A stretch of DNA of 64,000 nucleotides from Macrostomum lignano (taxonomy: Eukaryota): NCBI GenBank assembly GCA_002269645.1, contig NIVC01001389.1, positions 186,001 through 250,000 of the forward strand. Direction: 5' to 3'. Positions within the stretch are counted from its first letter, which is position 1; each line of letters opens with the position of its first letter. The translations under genes were made by a program, and so were the position numbers. Positions 60,052 through 64,000 of this stretch are shown one piece after another. The notes under the pieces were generated by a model that ran no database searches, was not told the DNA's origin, and saw nothing but the letters and a program-made list of their open reading frames with translations.

Positions 60052-63000
60052 CTTTTTTTTTTCTTCACTCCGACCTCCGACCGCCCGCAGGCGGCCGGGG
60101 CGGGGCCGGGTGGCCGCCAGGGTCGTCGATGGGCGGCTCGGTCCGACCCACCCTCTTGAGGTAGTCACAGATGAGGGCGCCGCCACCCTCGAGAACGTCG
60201 TTCCAGGAAATGACCACCCCGCCCCAGGTGCGGATGCGGGCCTGGTGGTGGCAGGGGCAGTAGAGCATAAGATGATCGACCGAGTCCGGTTCTCCGCAGT
60301 CGGCGCATCGGTCGTTCTGAGCGAGGCCGAACCGAAACAGGGTGTCGCGAGTCAGGGGGGATTTCTTAGTGCGGATTTGGCTGACCGTCACCTGGCCCCA
60401 CCTGGGAAGGTCATCGTGGCCTGGCGTCGGAGTCAGGTGCGGATGCGTGCGGTCCCGCGCAGTTCTCCAATTGGACAGTACGTGGCGGACGGCATTTTTG
60501 GCGGAGGCCTGGGAAAGTTGCGCGGTGTTCGGTTCCAATTCTGCAGCTTCGCGGGCGAGGGCGTCCGCCGCCTCGTTACCAGCAATGTCCGCGTGGCCAG
60601 GAACCCATTGGAAGTGGAGCCTGGTCTGAGCTGGGAGGTCGGTGATGAGTCGCCAGATCGTGAGGACGAGCGAATTAGTAGAACGGTACGGGCCTTGGTT
60701 GATGGCCTGAAGGCCTGATCGTGAGTCGGTACAGATGTGAACCGAGAGCCGCGGGTTGCCGATGGTGTCGAGGGTTTGACGTAGGGCTCTTATCGCTGCC
60801 TCGATGGCGACCAATTCAGCGTGGGTGCTACTGCACCACTTTCCGGCTGGCTGGCGGATGGACATGCGGAGTGCCTCGATGGATTCGGCAGTGAGGAGAG
60901 CACCTCCGCCGGCAGCAGCGCCGTCCGGGCTAACGGAGCCGTCCGTCCAGATGGTGCAGTCGGCGCTCGGTAACAGGGCCAAGGTGGCTTCTGCCGCAGC
61001 ACGGCGGGCCTCCAGTGGGTCGGATCTTTTGGTCGGCCGGGCGAGATCGGTAGCGATGGTGATCGCCTGGTCGGCTAAGTGCCACGGCGGGAGAGCCGGG
61101 TAGTGCTGGCGGTCTATGTCTCCGATGTGGATACCGGCAAGGCTCAGGAGCCACAGGCCTACTCGTCTGAAGCATGGCCGGTGACTCAAGACGATGTCTT
61201 CATCGTGGAGGTCCGTGTCGACGGGCCGGTCCGCTGGGCCTTCACGCTCCCAAGCTTCGTGGGCTCTGTAGCGGAGGCGAGGGGCGACTTGGGCTACCAT
61301 AAGGGTACGGGCCAGGTCGTCGTCCGGTAGGCCGAGCAGGCGAATGAATTCGTTTGCGGCTAAGGTTTTGGCTCGGATGCTGAGGGCTGGTAGTCCGGCC
61401 TCGGCGAGTAGGCAGCGTCGTCTCGTGATGCCCAGACAGCCGGTAATAATTCTGGCGCATTTGTTTTGCTCGGCCTCGAGTTTGAGGCGCGCCGTTGGTG
61501 CCGCATGATTGAAGTATAGTGCCGCTCCGTAGTCAAAAACCGACCGTACGTAGGCCATGTAGGCCGCACGTAGGGTGCGACGGTGGGCGCCATAGCTCTT
61601 GCCAGCGAGCACTTGGATGCATCGACGTCGGTCGGCCATTTTCTGTCGGACTATCTCAGTGTGTGGCGAGAAGGTGAGTTGGTCATCCAGCTTGAGTCCT
61701 AGGAATGTCGGCGTGGGGTCATAGGCGAGGTCGTGGTTTTCAAGTCGCAGAGCGGGTCGGACTTTGCCGCCGCACTCGGTAGGATCGAGGGTAAACGTTG
61801 AGTAGGCACACTTGGAGTGGCTGAGGCTCACTTTCCATTTACGGGTCCAGGCAGCCGCTTGGTCAAGGGCGGGTTGCAGTTTGTCGGCGCAGGCAGCGAG
61901 GGAGCGTCCTGTGGCAAGTAGCGCGGTATCGTCTGCAAAAAGTGAGCGGTGTACGTTCTCGGCCATCTCGGCATCAATGTCGTAGGCATATATAAGCCAA
62001 AGGAGGGGGCGATCACGGATCCTTGCGGGAGGCCGTCCGTGAAAACTCTCCAGTTCGAGGTCGCACTGCCCCATCTAACACGTGCACGACGGTCTGCAAG
62101 GAAGTTTCTCAGGTACCGAATCAGGTGCTTGGGAATACCCAGCCGGGCCATCTTGGCGTACAGGGCTGGTCGCCACACTTTATCGTATGCCTTAGCGAAG
62201 TCCAGGAGGACGAGGTAGCTCTCTCCGGTTTTCTCTGTTCGAAGGCGTCAAAGATGGCTTGGGTAATGCGGGCGAGCTGGTCCATGGTCGAGTGGCCTCG
62301 TCGGAAACCCGCTTGGTTCCGGTTGAGGAGGCCTCTGGTGTCCAGCCAGTGATAGAGTCTGTTTTGTAAGAGGCGCTCCATGAGTTTGCTGACGCAGCTA
62401 AGGAGAGATATAGGTCGGTAGGAGCTAGTGGCGCTCGGGTCTTTGTCTTTTTTCAGGATGGCGATGATTTCGGCCCGGCGCCAGGCAGTTGGGACTGAGC
62501 CAGTGAGCCAGCTACGGTTTAGTAGTTCCAGGAGGGCGTTCCGGCCTGCGTCGCCGAGTTGTTTGAGGAGTTCGTTGCAGACGCCGTCGGTTCCTGGTGA
62601 TTTGCCAGTCTTGAGTTGACGGATCGCGACGTTGAGTTCGCCGATATTGAAAGGGCTGCAGATCTCCGTCCTCAGTCCGTTGCAGGGGCAGTCGTTGGTG
62701 TTGCTCGCCTTGTGTGCCTCGATGACGACGGGTCTGTCTTCTGGTCTAGACTTTGGGAGCCGGGAGACCGTCGCGTAGTCGGCGCAGAATAGTTCGGCTT
62801 TCTCTTTATCCGTGATGGCTTTGGCGGGTGGATTCCCGGATCGTGGTTCTTGGTGAAGATAGTCGAGGGGGTGGCGGTCGGTCGTCGGCCGTCTTGGATC
62901 TTGATGAGGCGCCATAGACTGTCATTTGGCGACAGGTTCGAGACCGCTTCTCGGAAGTGTAGGGTTTTCTCCTCCTGGATGACTCGCTCGGCAGTGGCCT

Positions 63001-64000
63001 TAGCGTCCTGGTACGCTTGGAGGGCCTGGGTATCCAGGGGGGCGGTCTGAACAGCCAGGCGTGCCGCTTCGCGGAGGTCGACAGCAGCTTGGCATTTCTC
63101 GTTTCAAAAAGGCGATCTCTGTCTGGGGCCGTCTCCGTAGGGGATAGATGACCTAGCGGCCTTCAAAATAGAGTCGGTGAGGGCTCGGTTGACGCTTTCG
63201 ATGTGTGTGGGCGCTTGGATGTCGATTTGCTTGAGAAGTTCGTCAGATTTTTTGCGGAACGCTGACCAGTCGGCTTTTTTGAAATTGAAACGGCCCCTGC
63301 GGGATCGTTGGTGCGGGGGCGATTTCGTGGAGATCTTGATCCAGATAGGGAGGTGATCTGATCCGACATCGGCCCCTGTCTGCCAGGTGGTCCTGCCGGC
63401 CAGGTCGGCCGTGGCAAAGGTGACGTCCGGGGTTGATCGGCCTCCGGTGGCTGGGTTAATGCGAGTGCAGCTGCCGTCGTTGAGCAGAGCCAAGTTCAGG
63501 CGGCAGCTCCAGTCGTCTAGTTTTTGGCCTAGTGTGTCTTTGCGCTGGTGGTGGTCCCAGGCGGTCGCGTGGGCATTGAAGTCGCCTGCCACGATCGAGT
63601 TGGGGCCTACCGCAAGGGCCTCTGGGTTCATGTTTTGCTCGGGGTGTTGTCCCTGAGGGCTCTAGTGGCCGGCGGCGAGTAGACGTTGATCAGCACGATG
63701 GGCTTGCTCGAAGTAGACGGGTAGATCGAGGTGGAGCTGCAGAAAGTGAGTTGGTCGGCAGGAGATTGGTACGGATTGTTGTGGGGTTCGAAAGGGACAT
63801 CGTCACGAACGAGCGTGAGGATGCCCCCTTGGTTCGGCTGTCCGCGGCGTTGGTCCGGGTTCTCGTAGTCGAGGCGGGCTGTGGCGTTGTAGCCTGAGAA
63901 CTTTGGTGGGCGGGAGCTCGGTCGCAGGAAAGTTTCTTGAAGAAGGACCGCGTGGGGTTTGAGTCGGTCTAGGGTGGCGGCGAGCTCGGTCGTTCTCGCT
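60052..64000 (-). mobile_element. I-group non-LTR retrotransposon ORF2 (APE endonuclease, RT, RNase H, CCHC), frameshifted, continuing beyond the window
   Basis: GDFNAH...DVT...SDH (APE); YRPISL, DFAKAYD, PQGSVIAP, FADD (RT); WTDGS, ELVAI, TDS, WVPGH..GNEAAD (RNase H); CADC...HLMLYC. Stop at 60065 is followed almost directly by poly(A). Confidence 0.92.

Noticed and set aside
60110-61330. Plus-strand ORFs overlapping the LINE (and similar antisense ORFs over F-box genes)
   Set aside because: Antisense shadows of GC-rich coding sequence.

Overview
Eukaryotic (metazoan) genomic DNA, dense in minisatellites and transposons, with GC3-rich spliced genes. The style suggests a free-living flatworm such as Macrostomum, but that is inference and not shown by the sequence. 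Left half (1-29 kb): a 3-exon claudin/PMP22-like four-TM gene (+); a solo LTR with a nested MITE; a multiply disrupted annexin gene (-) whose introns hold a LOA-type LINE, a TIR element and a duplicated fragment of the claudin-like gene; a small secreted WSC-domain gene (-) with a Mag-like Ty3/Gypsy element in its intron and an internally deleted mariner just upstream; LINE fragments. Right half (29-60 kb): a tandem + strand array of seven F-box/LRR genes plus one orphan 3' exon, some intact and some broken, interleaved with tRNA-derived SINEs, an apparently intact spliced hAT-like transposon nested in a (GAT)n tract, and many minisatellites. An I-group LINE (APE-RT-RNase H) runs off the right end. 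Top candidates: (1) the F-box/LRR array has near-invariant end modules and a hypervariable, mosaic middle; (2) several introns consist of tandem copies of their own exon-intron junction, giving arrays of splice donors. Most long ORFs in the supplied track are read-throughs of tandem repeats. All exon models were spliced by eye, without transcript evidence.
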